Assembly (NCBI GenBank): GCA_965603825.1
Contig: CBFDEM010000057.1
Coordinates: 744,001 to 808,000, forward strand
DNA: 64,000 bases
Reading direction: 5' to 3'
DNA from: Blepharisma stoltei ATCC 30299
Taxonomy: Eukaryota > Protista > Ciliophora
Below the pieces are notes generated by a model, which had not been told where the DNA came from, ran no database searches, and saw only the letters and a program-made list of their open reading frames with translations. The position numbers and the translations under genes were made by a program. Below, one piece after another: positions 48,715 through 61,608 of this stretch (within the stretch, counting starts at the first letter, position 1; each line of letters opens with the position of its first letter).

Positions 48715-50681
48715 ACTCCCCCACTCCACGAATGCTTTAACCTAGCAATCTTTTTTAAATTTTAGAAAAATTAAAGATGATATCTGAAATTTAAACACAG
48801 TTACTTAAAGCATTACTGATGGGCTATACTAAATAATAATTTTGCGAATTAACATAAGTTAACACTAGATATTATAAAAATAGTATATTATTTAGTTATT
48901 AGTATATGCGATACTCGAGAACACTGAATTCTAAAGAGGCCTTCAGATTATAAGAAAATAATATGGAAATTAATGGCACTATTTCTGCGATATTTTTTAT
49001 AAAATTCATAGTCTTATTATATTGCAGTGATCCTCTTAAAAAAATAAAAATGATTCAATTAATAAATCAGCTCAAGTAAGATTTAATAATTTCGATGGCA
49101 ATGTCTAAAATTTATATTTAAAGAGGTATCCTTTTTCAGTATAAAAGGACCGATTAAAATATTTGCTAAGCATTTAATATTTTTGCTTTGTTAAAATGCT
49201 TTTAAATTCTTTCCTGCATTAGTTCAAGCATAATTTTTCCATAGTATTGTTAAACTAATTATTTTAAATACAAATATGCAGCAATAAAGTTTTATTAATT
49301 GATATTGGAAGTCAGTACTGAAAAAATACTTACCATTAGTTTCAAGTTTTAGCTTCTAAATAAAACGTCATAAGTGTTTATTAAAAGATGGAAAATTCTA
49401 TTCAAATAGAAATGATGGAAGATGATGGCCAATTGTAAATGCTGCATTAAGGAATGGAACTGATTAATGGAGAATTGTGATAGCGATTATAACGCTACTG
49501 GGATTGCAGGACTATAGCTCAAGCTCAACCAAAGATGTGCCCTATATAATTTTAGTATTAAAGCCCCCAACAAAAATTTCAACCTTCTCCAAGAATTGTG
49601 ATCTCTCAACAATCAATACCAAAAATGCTTTCCCATGCTTATTAATTCCCATCACAAGCAGCGGTACATTTTCCTAACTTCTTTGATTACATCAGTGGAA
49701 AAGATCCTTTAGCTGATAAAGAGGGATAATTCTCTCAAAGAAACAGTAAAAAAGTTAAAAAATTCAATTCAGAAGTCATCATAATTGCCAAAATAAAAGA
49801 AAAAGATTGTGCTGGCCAAGAGTTGATTATAATTTATACGCTACCCTAAAGTACTTGCACATATAGCAATATGCTTGAACCGAGGCCAATAAAAAAAGGG
49901 CTATATAAATTGTAAGAGTAATTATAGCTTTTCAGTGAGATGGGATGCACTATGTTTCGCTTCCTTTTATTAAGTAGAGCTTATAACAGCAATTTTTTTG
50001 CTTCAATTTCATATAAATTTTAATTAAATTAATCTAAATTTTATTATAAACTATAGTAAAGAAAGTGTATATGCTCAAAAAAAGAAAGACAAAGATTTAA
50101 TTGTGGCATTTACTTGTTTATATTTAGATAGTAAATTTTCTTTATTTTAATATAAAAATTTTTTACTATTTTTTCATATAAATTATTATTAAAGGACAAA
50201 ACTGCTAAATTGATTCTTAATAGAATCTAAAAATAAAAGGTTCTGGTATACTTCTATTGGCCAAGACTAAGGGCCGCAAGAATTACAATTTTACATTAAC
50301 TGGAATCTAGAAACTACTGAATTTATAAAGTATTCTATATTGACTTTCAAGATTTAAACATGGACCTCTGTATTTAAAATATTTTTTGTATGTCAATCAA
50401 AGCTTACCTTTAGCTGTTAATTATTACTAATAGAAAATTATTATTGTATTAGATCTTTAATAGGGGTCTTAAAAAACAAATAAATTAAGAATTGAACCAA
50501 GATTGTGCGCTGCAGAAGGTAAAATTTCTAATTAAATTAGGAGCTGAACAATGCACTCAGCTTATCAAGAATTTAGCCCCAGGTCTTACTGTAGTTGATC
50601 TCCCTGATTAATCTTGATTTTTTATTTCTAGGACTAATATTAGCTTTTAACAATAACTAAAACTAATAAAAAGTTGACAAT

Positions 50682-51266
50682 ATGCCAGCCAAGAAAATCT
50701 TAGCCTTAACAGGAGATTACGCTGAAGACTACGAAATCATGGTCCCAGTCCAACTTTTATCAATGGTCGGGCATATAGTCCACACTGTCTGTCCAGACAA
50801 GCAAGCAGGTGACTATACATTGACCTCTGTCCACGATCTAGAACTCGGCCTCCAAACCTATTATTCAATTGACGGGCACAGATTTACCTTAAATAAAACT
50901 TTTTCAGAAGTAAACGAGGCTGAATATGACGCTTTATTTATCACTGGAGGCGGCGCACCTGAATATATAAGATTAAATCCAAGGGTCATTGAAATTGTGC
51001 AGCATTTCGCGAATAATAATAAACCTATAGGCACTGTAGGGCATGGAGTGCAAGTGTTAGCAGCTGCTGGAGTGCTTAGGGGGAGAAAAGTAACTGGGTA
51101 TATTGCATGTGAGCCTGAAGTCGCTATATCTGGAGGCACTTATGTGAAAAAAGACTGGGGAGAGACCAATGTAGACGGAAATCTTGTGAGCTGTGTAGCT
51201 TGGTCTGGGCATGAAACTTTTGTTGCTGAGTTTTTGAAGGTTTTAGGGACAACAATTGAGCTTTAA
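50682..51266 (+). CDS. DJ-1/PfpI family protein (glyoxalase III-like, DJ-1D/YhbO type) lacking the nucleophile Cys
   Basis: GDYAEDYE.MVP, VCP, GHRF.LN..F, YDAL.I.GG.APEY.RLN, DGNLV; VGHG stands in place of ICHG. Confidence 0.9.
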   Translation: MPAKKILALTGDYAEDYEIMVPVQLLSMVGHIVHTVCPDKQAGDYTLTSVHDLELGLQTYYSIDGHRFTLNKTFSEVNEAEYDALFITGGGAPEYIRLNPRVIEIVQHFANNNKPIGTVGHGVQVLAAAGVLRGRKVTGYIACEPEVAISGGTYVKKDWGETNVDGNLVSCVAWSGHETFVAEFLKVLGTTIEL

Positions 51267-51357
51267 ATAATAAATATCTTTTATATGAGACTTATAATTA
51301 TAATAAAAACACTAATTTAATACGAAATTTTTTATTTCATAAATACTGGGGAAGCTT

Positions 51358-51975
51358 TTAAAAATCTCTAGGCTCACGAGTTTCCAAAAACGTTTTAAGT
51401 GTCCTTGACGAGTTTAAAAACCTGACTTTCCACTGTCTCAGCTTATTATGCCCTTCTAATGTCTCTGGGTGAAATTTTTCAATGATATTATGAAGTACAG
51501 CAAATACATGGAAATCTGCCCTAGTAGGATGATTTCCCACAAAGTATCCGCTTCCTCCATTATTTTTATCAAGCCTTGCCTCTATTATTCTAAGCCACTC
51601 AGGGACTTTTTCTGTAAATACTTTACTAAGTCCTTCAAAGTCCTTATTAAAGGCTAAAGGAGTTATAGTGCTGCCAATATCTTCGCATAAGTCGCACAAA
51701 GACTCAGTCCAATAGGTTTCTTCACCTTCTGCAGCTCCATAGCCAAATTTATTGCAAAGGTAACGAGAAATTGACTGAGTTTGAGCCAGCCTGTGCCCGT
51801 CTACATCTACTATTGGCAGTTGGGAAAATTCAGCAAAGCCTGAACCCTTCAGCTGAGGCCATTCTTGGAATTGAATTTTATGGTCTTCGAAAGCAGCCCC
51901 GGCGTAGTGAAGAATCATCCGGATAACGTCAGCTCTCCCATATATGTCGAAGTAGTGAACAGTTATGCCTGACAT
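51358..51975 (-). CDS. Glutathione S-transferase, sigma-like (205 aa)
   Basis: Likely start ATG at 51975: MSGITVHYFDIYGRADVIR, QLP, LAQTQSI, T.ADF. Confidence 0.92.
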   Translation of the reverse strand: MSGITVHYFDIYGRADVIRMILHYAGAAFEDHKIQFQEWPQLKGSGFAEFSQLPIVDVDGHRLAQTQSISRYLCNKFGYGAAEGEETYWTESLCDLCEDIGSTITPLAFNKDFEGLSKVFTEKVPEWLRIIEARLDKNNGGSGYFVGNHPTRADFHVFAVLHNIIEKFHPETLEGHNKLRQWKVRFLNSSRTLKTFLETREPRDF

Positions 51976-52309
51976 TATTATATAAATTTGGTTTGGAAAG
52001 GAAATTCCAATGGTGTTAGATTGGCTACTTAAAACAATTAGATGGCAATAATAAAAAGATAAAGAATGTGACTGATTGGAATCAGCCAAATTTATACTTT
52101 TTGTATGATTTTTTAATAGAAAAACATTCAATTTAAGGTATAATTTATTATAAATAAGGGCAGTAGGCTTAACAAAAATTAAATTATTTATTTTAATATA
52201 GAAAATAAAAAATTAGATTAAAACAATCAAACTGAATAATTATTGTAAATAATCTCCAGCATTTTACGCTAAATTTTGATTCGCTTTTCTAAGCTGTCAG
52301 TTAATAATA

Positions 52310-53005
52310 ATGGGTTGTGGTAAAAGCAACGCTCAACAGCCAACTCCGCCTACTAAGGTCTCAGCTGGATCTAAGCCTACTTTCCAAAATGTAGTTTATC
52401 ACTATTTCCCTGTTTATGCAAGAGGAGAAGTTGTCCGTCTGAGTCTTCACTATTTAGGTGTCGCCTACACAGAAGACTTCGTCACTTTCCAAACTTGGCC
52501 AGACTTTAAGCCAAAAACAGAATTTGGACAAATTCCAGTGTTAGATATCAATAATCTGAAACTCGCGCAAACGAAATCAATCATGCGTTATCTTTTTCAA
52601 TCCTTCAAGCACTATCCAGCAGATAACTTCCAAGCTTACAACGTTGAAAGTCTGGTTGATTTAATAATTGACATGAGAAATCCTCTATATGAAGCACATG
52701 TAAAAAAAGCCCCAGAGCAAGTTGAAGCCCTTTACTCAACAAAATATCCTGAACAGCTGAAAATGTTAGCAAAAAGATATTCAACGTATGGGTCAAAGAA
52801 GTTTATGGTCGGCCAAAGTGTGACTGCGGCTGATTTATATGCATTTGAGTATATATACGACTGCTTTATGACTCCTTTAACAAAACAATACGAAAATTTG
52901 CTTGATCAGCATTGTCCAGCAGTAAAGGTGTGGGCCAAAGAGTTTTTGGAGTCATCACAGGCATTGAAAACGTATTTAGCTTCAAGGCCTGAAAGACCAT
53001 TTTAA
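52310..53005 (+). CDS. Glutathione S-transferase, sigma-like, with MGCGKS acylation-type leader (231 aa)
   Basis: HYFPVYARGEVVR, FGQIPVL, LAQTKSI, TAADL. Confidence 0.92.
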   Translation: MGCGKSNAQQPTPPTKVSAGSKPTFQNVVYHYFPVYARGEVVRLSLHYLGVAYTEDFVTFQTWPDFKPKTEFGQIPVLDINNLKLAQTKSIMRYLFQSFKHYPADNFQAYNVESLVDLIIDMRNPLYEAHVKKAPEQVEALYSTKYPEQLKMLAKRYSTYGSKKFMVGQSVTAADLYAFEYIYDCFMTPLTKQYENLLDQHCPAVKVWAKEFLESSQALKTYLASRPERPF

Positions 53006-53148
53006 CTAATCATAATATTTATGATAAGAATTTCTAATGACGTATACTTATTAATGAAAATCCCTATCTATAAATCTGAATCCAAATTTATATTAATTTT
53101 ATCAGCCTAACCGATTATTCTTATTAAAGCTTTAATTATTTTATACAT

Positions 53149-53526
53149 CTAATTATATTTTCTCAGTGTATGAAACATTGGTTTTAATGTATGCTTTTCC
53201 TCGTAGCACTTTTTACAGAATTTCGCATAGTTGCATTCTTTACAGTAACCTTCAGCGTTTTTTAAACAATTTGAGCACAAAAATTTCACTATGTAAAAGT
53301 TACCCCTAGTGACCGTTGAATAGCCGATTCAACTTAATGATCTTTGATGTAATGGTGAATTTTCTGGGCTACTATTGTCTAGATAAACATTATTTGAATA
53401 AGGAGGGGAGTCAGGCATTACTTTTATTGGAGAACTCAAAGGAGAACGGGGAAGCTGGGAACGTGAAGACTTTGGCTTTCTTGCTGTGGAACAACAGCAG
53501 AATTGGTTTAGCAAGCCAGCTATCAT
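53149..53526 (-). CDS. Small B-box-type zinc-finger protein (125 aa)
   Basis: Reading through TGA at 53329 gives CSNC..AEGYCKEC...FCKKCYEEKH......H; ends at TAG 53149. Confidence 0.75.
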
Positions 53527-53802
53527 TAATTATTCATATTTTGTTATGAAAAAGATAAGCTTAATATTCGTGGCCAGAAATTAAGAAATTAATTATTCTC
53601 AATGAAAGCTTATCTAATAAGTATCAATTATATATTGCTTTGACTGCGTGATTCTTAGGATTTTATATAACAAGTATTTAAATATTCTCCCCATTTTTCC
53701 TTATGATGCTATTTTTAAAAGATTTATTTCTCTAAATAATATTTTTATTTTATATCACTTGTAAGATTATTGATTTTTGTGATCTTCTGATATCATAAAG
53801 AA

Positions 53803-54792
53803 ATGGTCTGTTATAAAGGAAACGGAGTAAAGGTCAAGCTCAAACTTATCAATCCCTTGCTCTTTATAGACAATAGTGATTTTTTCCTAGCATTTTCCAG
53901 TTTTTCCAATCCTTCTCTACTTGCGAAGCAGCTTAGCAATAAAAAGAAGTTCATCATTTCACGCTCAGAGTCTGGCTACAATATTGTGCAGAACCGTATT
54001 GTTTTGATTAATTTAGATAAAAGCCCACAAGAGGCTTTTTATGAAGTCTTCCAAATCATTGTAAATGCAGAGCCTTCCCAAGAAGGAAATAAGAAAATTA
54101 AAAGAATTCTTTTGGCTTTTCCTGAAAATCCAGACCTATGACTATATGCAATAGAAGAAGTAATAAAAGCCCTGTTGAACAGTTCTGGCATAAGAGTATC
54201 ACTGACTATATGCTTGAAAAGCCAAGAATTAGAGATAATAAAAAGTCATTTGAGGGATTCCAATTTTCATACTGAATTAAATGTGAATAACGTAAAAAGG
54301 CTTAGAAGATACTTTTTTTCAAGATTTATCTGTCAATCTTGCTCAGAGTTCGCTTATAAACCTTACGTTTCAAGATGCTGCTACTCAATTTATTGCAATT
54401 CATGTGTCAAAAATTTATATTGCAAGGTGTGCAATAATCGATGTGAATTTGAAATTAATTTAGCAATAAAAAAATTAGTCAATGAATCACCTTATTATTG
54501 TAACTGTGGAGAATCGATAAAAGTAAAAGACATTGAAAATCATATGCTAAGTTGTGCAGCAAGCTTATTTCGCTGCAAATTTATAGGCTGCTCTTTTGAA
54601 GGCTCCCAAATAGAGCTTATGGATCACGTTTTTCAATTTCACACAGAAACAATACTAGAAAGAATGAATGAATATGCAGAAATTGATATAAGCCAGAAGC
54701 AGCGGCTTATCCAATGCAGAATGTGTGGAGATTTTAGCGAATCTCAATGCAAAAATTGTTTAAAAAGCCTTCCAATAGCTAAAAAATTATAA
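53803..54792 (+). CDS. RING plus SIAH/TRAF-type zinc-finger protein (329 aa)
   Basis: Joined through TGA at 54139. CQSC...CC...CNSC....CKVC RING-like unit, C.CG...H..SC and CKF.GC.F.G....L..H....H. Confidence 0.8.
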
Positions 54793-54818
54793 TAATGCTT
54801 AAGAAATATTGATATTAT

Positions 54819-57800
54819 TTAGAATTTATTGAGATCTGCAATGATTTTTCCAATCTCGCTTGTTTTTTCATGGCTTTCTCCCAGTGTAGATTTAAATATA
54901 GAAAACGCTTTTTCTAAATAAATCAAAGCAATTTGTTTATTTTTGATATTTGCAAGGCCCATGTAATGATAACAAACCCCAGCCGCTTCACTATTTTTTC
55001 CTGATTTTCCTTTAATTATTTTTAATGACTCTTTTAGGTGTTTCATAGCATCATTATCCGAGCCAAGTTTTAATTGGCAGTACCCGAAGTCACACAAAAA
55101 CTGGGCTTTGGCCAGCTCATCTTTTTCATTTTCACAATAGTGGATTTCGTCAGCACTTTCATATTCTAATATAGCTTCATTTCACATAGACGCTCCTAAA
55201 TAAAACCCAGCTAGCTTGTTATAAGCTTTTCCCACTTCTAGACTTCTGTCGCCGAATTTTATTTTTCTTATTTCTAGGACTTGCCCCATGCATTTTTTGA
55301 ATCCGTCAGATTTGCCAATTTTCGAGTAATTTTCAGCTGCCTTGACTAAAAATTCAGTCTCATCTTCGTCAAAGCCTTCTTTAGTGATTTCAAAGCAGTC
55401 TAAGTAGCATTGTATAGCTTCTTTATATTTCTGCATGCTTTCTGCAAATTCAGCTGTTTTGATTAGTAATTCTAATGTCTCTTCGTTATTATGTTCTATG
55501 TTGTTTTTCGCTGCTTCTACCTGTTTAAGGCGAAATTCCAAAGCCTTTTGTGGGTTATTCAGTTCACGGCAGATTCTAAATGCAGCATAAGCCCATTGAG
55601 CAACATCTGATGTCAAGTGCTTTGGCTGATCTAATAAATAATTCAAAGCTCTTTCATATAACTCAAGGGCTTCTTCTGGCTGATTTTGGTTTTGTGCAAG
55701 CTTAGCTAGAGATGCATAAGACTTGCAGCACTCATAATGAGAAGTAGGGACAATTTTTTGCCTTATTTCTAATGCTTTTTCTAGGTATTCAGTAGCTTCT
55801 GGGATCTGACTATCAGCTAGATGTAATAGTCCTATTCTTTCACAGGTGTGTGCACAAAACAAATGGTCTTCTCCAACAGTTGTTTTTATGATCCTTTCTG
55901 CATCTAGTGCATATTTCATTGCTTTTGGCTTATTTGTGCAGCATTTTGACAGGAAATATAAAATTTTAGCTATTTTTAGGTCATCTAGGCCATATCTTTG
56001 GACCCTGATTTCTAATGCACATTTTAAGTGATTTAGGGCTTCTTCACTTCTTTTACAAGCAATATAAAAATTTGCAATTAAAATATGATAATCACTCAAA
56101 ATATCATGATGTGTCCCTACAATTTTACAAATCGGCTCCAAAAGGTTTTCTGAATAATCCACAAGCCCAGATAGCTCTTCTGACATCGGAGGAGGCTGAG
56201 ATATTAAGCTAGAAATATATGCCAAATAATGGCAGCATTTTTTGTAGAGCTCTAAAAATGAAAATCCCAAAGCGATTTTTATAAGAATGATTAAGGTAAC
56301 AATCACATTTTCAGGGGCTGAAACTTGGTCTTCTATTATAGGCTCATATGGTCTTAAAATTTCATGAAAATCTTGATTGAGGACTCCGATTTCTATAATT
56401 GACTGTGAAATAGAAAATATAGCATCTGGAGAAGTTAGCCCAAGGATTTCTTTGGATTTTAATATTTTTTCCAGCTCATTAAACTTGCCTAACTCACTGA
56501 GCGTGCTACAAATTCCTACCTTTGAGTACAGCAATAAATCTTTGTTTTTACATTCCTGAATAATTTTTGTAAATAAATCCGAAGCTTCACGAGTCTTATG
56601 GAGCTTTAAATTGCAATAGGCTTCCCCATAATAAGCTTGATATCTATCCGGATGGTTATATTTTGTCAAAATTTCAATAGAATGATTAAAGCTCTGTGCA
56701 GCCTCAGAAAAATTCAGCTCCACCTTCATTTCATACCTTCCTTTTTCATAAAAAACAATCCCAGCTTCTAATGAGCTTTCTCCTATAATGTATTTTGATA
56801 ATTTTTTTATATGCAAAGACGCTTTTCCTGTTATGCAAAATGTCGATAAAATATCTAAATCCCCAATTTCTTGTGTAAAAATCTGCTGCAGTGCCAAAGT
56901 CAATTGCTGGGTTTGATGAGTTTGCGAGACTATAATTTTTGCTATAAACGGATGGATTTTTATTCTGTGTTTTTCATCTTTTATTATAATTCCTAACTTA
57001 TTGAGGGTATAAGTAAAAACTTCGTATTTAGAAGCGTCTGATATTTTGGTTATATGGAAAAATACTTTCAAAGCAATGTCTTGGGAAATCCCTGATACGT
57101 CAATAAATGTGAGGCAGGATAAGAAATTTAGGAAATATGGGTGGTCTTTGGAAAGGCGATTTGCGGTACATTTTCAAACTGTTGCAGCTGATAACTCGAG
57201 TGGGGAAAAGCCTTGGAATTCAATTTTTTTTAGGGATTGTTTGCATTCAGAATGCAAATCTTTGTATTCTTCAGGGGAGATTTTATAGTAATTGATATAT
57301 CTTCCTATTAGTTCTAAGGAAATAGGCATGCCTTCGGCTATTCTTAAAATTGAATCATTAAATAATTCTGTGTATTTGCTTAAAATTAAAGCACAGGTTT
57401 CAGATAGGATTGGTTTAACTTCGATTATGTTTTCCCATTCAGGAAGCGAGGATGTGACTATAATGTGTCCTTTATTTGGTAAAAAATTCCTAATAGACTC
57501 TAAGTTTTCAGCATCGTCGAATATTAATAATGCAGGCTTGCTTTGGTTGTCTAAGTATTCTTTTATTGAATAAATATTGTCATCAAAAGTGTCTCTGATA
57601 TGCAGCTCAATTTTTCTAAATAATTTCAAAAATACAAAAGAAATGTTATTGGCGGATTGTGAAGGAATAAATAAAATAGCAGAATAAAGATCATTGTAAA
57701 CTTGTGAATATTTAACAGCTAAAGCAGTTTTTCCTATCCCTGAGTCTCCAACTAAAGCAATTATTTTGTTTTGGGCTGATCCAAAACTATTTCTAATTAG

Positions 57801-59273
57801 TTGCACTTCTGAATCTCTCCCGATACCTGAATATTGGATATAAGGATGAATGATTGGCTTTTCTTCGTCTTCTTCTTCGTCCTCATCTTCTTCACTAATT
57901 CTTTTATGATACGTTTTCAAGCATTCTCTATAAAAATCTGAAAACTCAAACATTTTTTTTACATTTGGATGACTTTCTTGTAAAGCCCTTTGACTGAGAA
58001 TTAAATCAATTTCTTCATCAAATTTGTGGGTTTGCTCTTTGATTTTAATCAAAGTTTCTATTGTTTTAGCTCGAATTCTCCAGTCGTCAATTACATCTGG
58101 ATCTCTGAAATTACTGAGTTTATTTAATTGTTCTAGAAGATCAGGATTTTGGGTATGCAAAATTAAAATTTCCACTGTATCTAATATAGCAACAATTTGT
58201 TCCCAGGTAGATTTCATGCTTTTTGTGATAAATTTAATTAAAAGCTCAATTGAAGCATTTGTGGTCGCTTTTGGCTGCTCCATGTATGCTAAAACTATTA
58301 AATCGCTCAATAAGCTACGCCCTTTTTTGACAGAGTCTTCAATATAAAGCTTGGCTGTTCCTATGCTAACATTGGGGGTTTCATTTAGCAATTCATTGAC
58401 CATAAGTTGGATATATACAGATAAATGAGGTAATAGAGGGACTCCACTGCTAATTTGGGTGACAATTTGGTCAATTGAATTTATGTAAACTGCAAAAGTG
58501 GTTTCTGGGTATGTGCTTTCGCAGATTCTTAAGAGATCTTTTATTTTAGTCACATAGTCTTGAAGAGGCATTTGATGTTCTTCTTTAAATGAAGGAATTA
58601 ATTTAGAGACGACCATATAAGCTCCTAAATATCGCCTTGCTTGTTTTGCTAGTCTCTCCCTAAAAATTTCCCATTTTTTTCATTTATAAATGACTTTTTT
58701 AGTCAAGAGCTCCAAAAATCTTGCCCCAATTTCATAGAGTTTTACAGTCCCTGGGAGTCCAATGCTTTCGATTTTTTCAATTATTTCCCCTTCAATGGAC
58801 CCTTCTTTAAACGAATTAAAAACCTCATCAATATAGCCAAGAATTTTTTCTTCTTGTCTTTCGTCATGCTTAAATGAGATTGCGGGCGATCCAGGGTCTT
58901 CTTCAACTTTTGCTTCTTCTTTTATGTCTTCAGTAGTCGGAGTGTTGTCAAAAGGCTTAATAATTGAACTACTCGGCCTACGGTCTGTTGGTGGAACTAT
59001 TGAAGCTGATGCCTTTCGAGGTTTTTGACCATTGCTTGTGGCACAGTTTCCTCCTCCGCATAAGCCACTTTTACCAATGACTATTACATTGTTGGCTTTA
59101 TAAAATGTTATATTTCATTTATTAAGTGTTTTTGTTTGTGGGTTGTCAATGTGGATTTTGGCGTTTGGAGATATAAGGACTCCTTCTTTAGTAAAAACTT
59201 TAGAAGCATGCTCGGGTTTATCTTTATTGAATTCTATAAGGAAGCCTTCTCGTGTTTCAATATAATCTCCCAT
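54819..59273 (-). CDS. NLR-like STAND protein: N-terminal helical region, NB-ARC-like NTPase, C-terminal TPRs (1484 aa)
   Basis: Single frame from ATG at 59273 through four TGAs. Walker A GDSGIGKT, Walker B LLIFDD, HIIVTS, GMPISL (GLPL-like), then kinesin-light-chain-type TPRs. Confidence 0.88.
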
Positions 59274-59346
59274 TTTACTAAAGAGAATAAGAAATCTTAT
59301 ATTGTGGGAAAATAATTCAACGATTATTACAAAGTATTATTTGAAT

Positions 59347-59646
59347 TTAGCTGCGATTTGTATTTGATAGTGAACGAAAATACGCCCTACGGACATCAAT
59401 TAGCTGCTGAGTCTTCTCATCAGCTTTTGGAGGTCCTGCTAAATTTCGACTTATTCGCTGAGATTTAGGACCATGCTTCATAATAAATTTTGGCTTGAAA
59501 GTAGGTGTCATCAGCTCTTCTCTTTTTTCTATAACTCCAATTAGCTGTGATAAATTTAAGCTTCCTATTTTGATATTTTCTTTTGATGGCAGCATTTGGA
59601 CACGAACTCTTGGAACTTGACTTGATTTGCTTTTCAAAATTTCCAT
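59347..59646 (-). CDS. Small basic hypothetical protein (99 aa)
   Basis: ATG..TAA ORF with coding-like composition between AT-rich spacers. Confidence 0.55.
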   Translation of the reverse strand: MEILKSKSSQVPRVRVQMLPSKENIKIGSLNLSQLIGVIEKREELMTPTFKPKFIMKHGPKSQRISRNLAGPPKADEKTQQLIDVRRAYFRSLSNTNRS

Positions 59647-59970
59647 TTTAAATATTTATTTGAATAATAATCGAAAACTTAGGACCATCTCAATAGATAT
59701 TCATTTATATTGATGGTTAGTCTAATTTTTGATATTTTTAGATAACTAATGGAAAACGCTCAAGCATTTTTCAATATAAACAATGGGATATTCTAGGTCT
59801 GATATTAATCCTTTACTTTAAAGTGCCCATAAAAAGTCTGTTTTAATAATTAATTAAATCTAGATAGTTAAAGTTTTATATTAATTATCAATTCCTTCAT
59901 TATTCAATCATAAATAATATAAATCTTCAACAAAATCAGCTCAATCTACAGCACAATCTTTCATATTTAC

Positions 59971-61203
59971 TTAGTTATCTATTTTAACTGGTGTCTTTAG
60001 TTCCTCCTCTATCAAAAAATACGCATACAAGTCACTAAACGGCATCTGATGTCGATCACCACCAAATATATACATAACATCTTCATGGACAACTGCCGAA
60101 TGTCCATCTCTCTGATGAGGGGCTCTCCCTTGTACCCTCCCTTCCAGCGAAATATTGATCGTCCTTACATCCATTTCTGTGTTAGCCCTCGGCTTTGGAG
60201 TCAACGGGCTAAAAGATTCTTTTTTATTCAAATTTGAATTCACAGTATGCCTCCTTGACATAAGATGGCACTTATGGGCTTGCTTATACTCTTCAAGCTG
60301 AGCTGCCGAAACAGGATCTTTTACCTGATGGTCATTTTGGAACAAAGTCCAATCATTCGTCAAAAACCCATAAGAGTACATCTCATTGGTCTCCTGGGTC
60401 TCGTCTTTCATTCCTCCAAAAATAACCATGACATCTTTATATACAATTGCGGAGTGCCCAGACCTGCCTGCTGGGATTCTTTGCTTTGGGACGACGATTT
60501 CTCATATAAAAGTATCAAGCTTTAGCCTTCAAAAATCGCTGAGTTTTTCTCCTTCATTGCTGGAGCCTCCATAAATGTATAGGTCGTTATGATAAAGGAC
60601 GGCTGCATGGTTCGATCGAGGTTCTGGGCCGTTATTTGTGTCTTCTAATTTTCATTTGAAATTAGAGAGGTCTAAAGTATATACTTTATTTGTACGGGTT
60701 TCTTCGACAAAACCGCCGAAAACGATCATAGATGAGCTTATTCCGTTTTCATATAGTGTAGCTGTATGGGAGTCATGGGGCGGAGGAAAGTCAGGAGGAT
60801 TTGAAGTTATTTTTTCTACTCGCCGATTTAATATATCAATTACCCAGGTATCATTAAAAGCCTTTTCTCCATTGGTTCCTCCAAAAATATACATGAAATC
60901 CCCTTTCACAATCGCACTGTGCCGACACAAAGGCACCAATCCAGGAATTTCGAATTCTTCCCAAATTTCAATGTTTTTATTATCGAGGTCAAAAGCCCAT
61001 AGACCGCTTTGCAGGCCATCCTGGATGTTTTGACCACCATAAATCAGCATTCTGTCCCTCCAGACGCAGGCTGAATGATAACTTCGCCGACTTGGGTGGA
61101 TTCCAAGCGACCTGATTTCCTCCCACAAATGCTCAGTATTTTTTTGAAGTTTGGTATTGATTTTTAAGAATGAAAACTGGTCTCTATGACGCTTTGGCTC
61201 CAT
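59971..61203 (-). CDS. Kelch-repeat beta-propeller protein (410 aa)
   Basis: Joined through three TGAs. Repeated R..HSA....MYIFGG units; TGA falls at the conserved kelch Trp. Confidence 0.9.
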
Positions 61204-61608
61204 GATAATAATTAGTATAGAGAAAATTATAAAAAATTAATCAAAATTGAGAGAATTTCTAGTGGGAAATATGGATCAGTGAAAGAAACAGGAAAATAGG
61301 ACTAATCAATAATATGCTAGGAGATTTTATAGGAGTCTCAAAAATAATTAGGAAAATATAATTTAAGAATTAATTATAGAATATTCAATTATACAAATAA
61401 ACAAATAGCTGCAATAATAATTCTGTTTCCAACACTAATACTAATTTAGGAAAAAAAACTATATTGTTTCACATTAATTTGATAATAAAATACAAAATTT
61501 CATCAATTTCTCTATTTTAAACAAACCTAATAAATTATAAATTTATTATTAAAATGCTATTGCGGTTAAATTCAAAAGATTTTTAATACAATTTTATAAA
61601 ATTTTAAT

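Noticed and set aside
49380-49900. Slightly GC-richer patch with a 66-aa ORF
   Set aside because: No motif or consistent frame found; possibly a decayed gene but not assignable.
51976-52131. 52-aa N-terminal extension of the minus-strand GST given by the track
   Set aside because: TTG start in AT-rich spacer DNA; the GST fold begins at ATG 51975.
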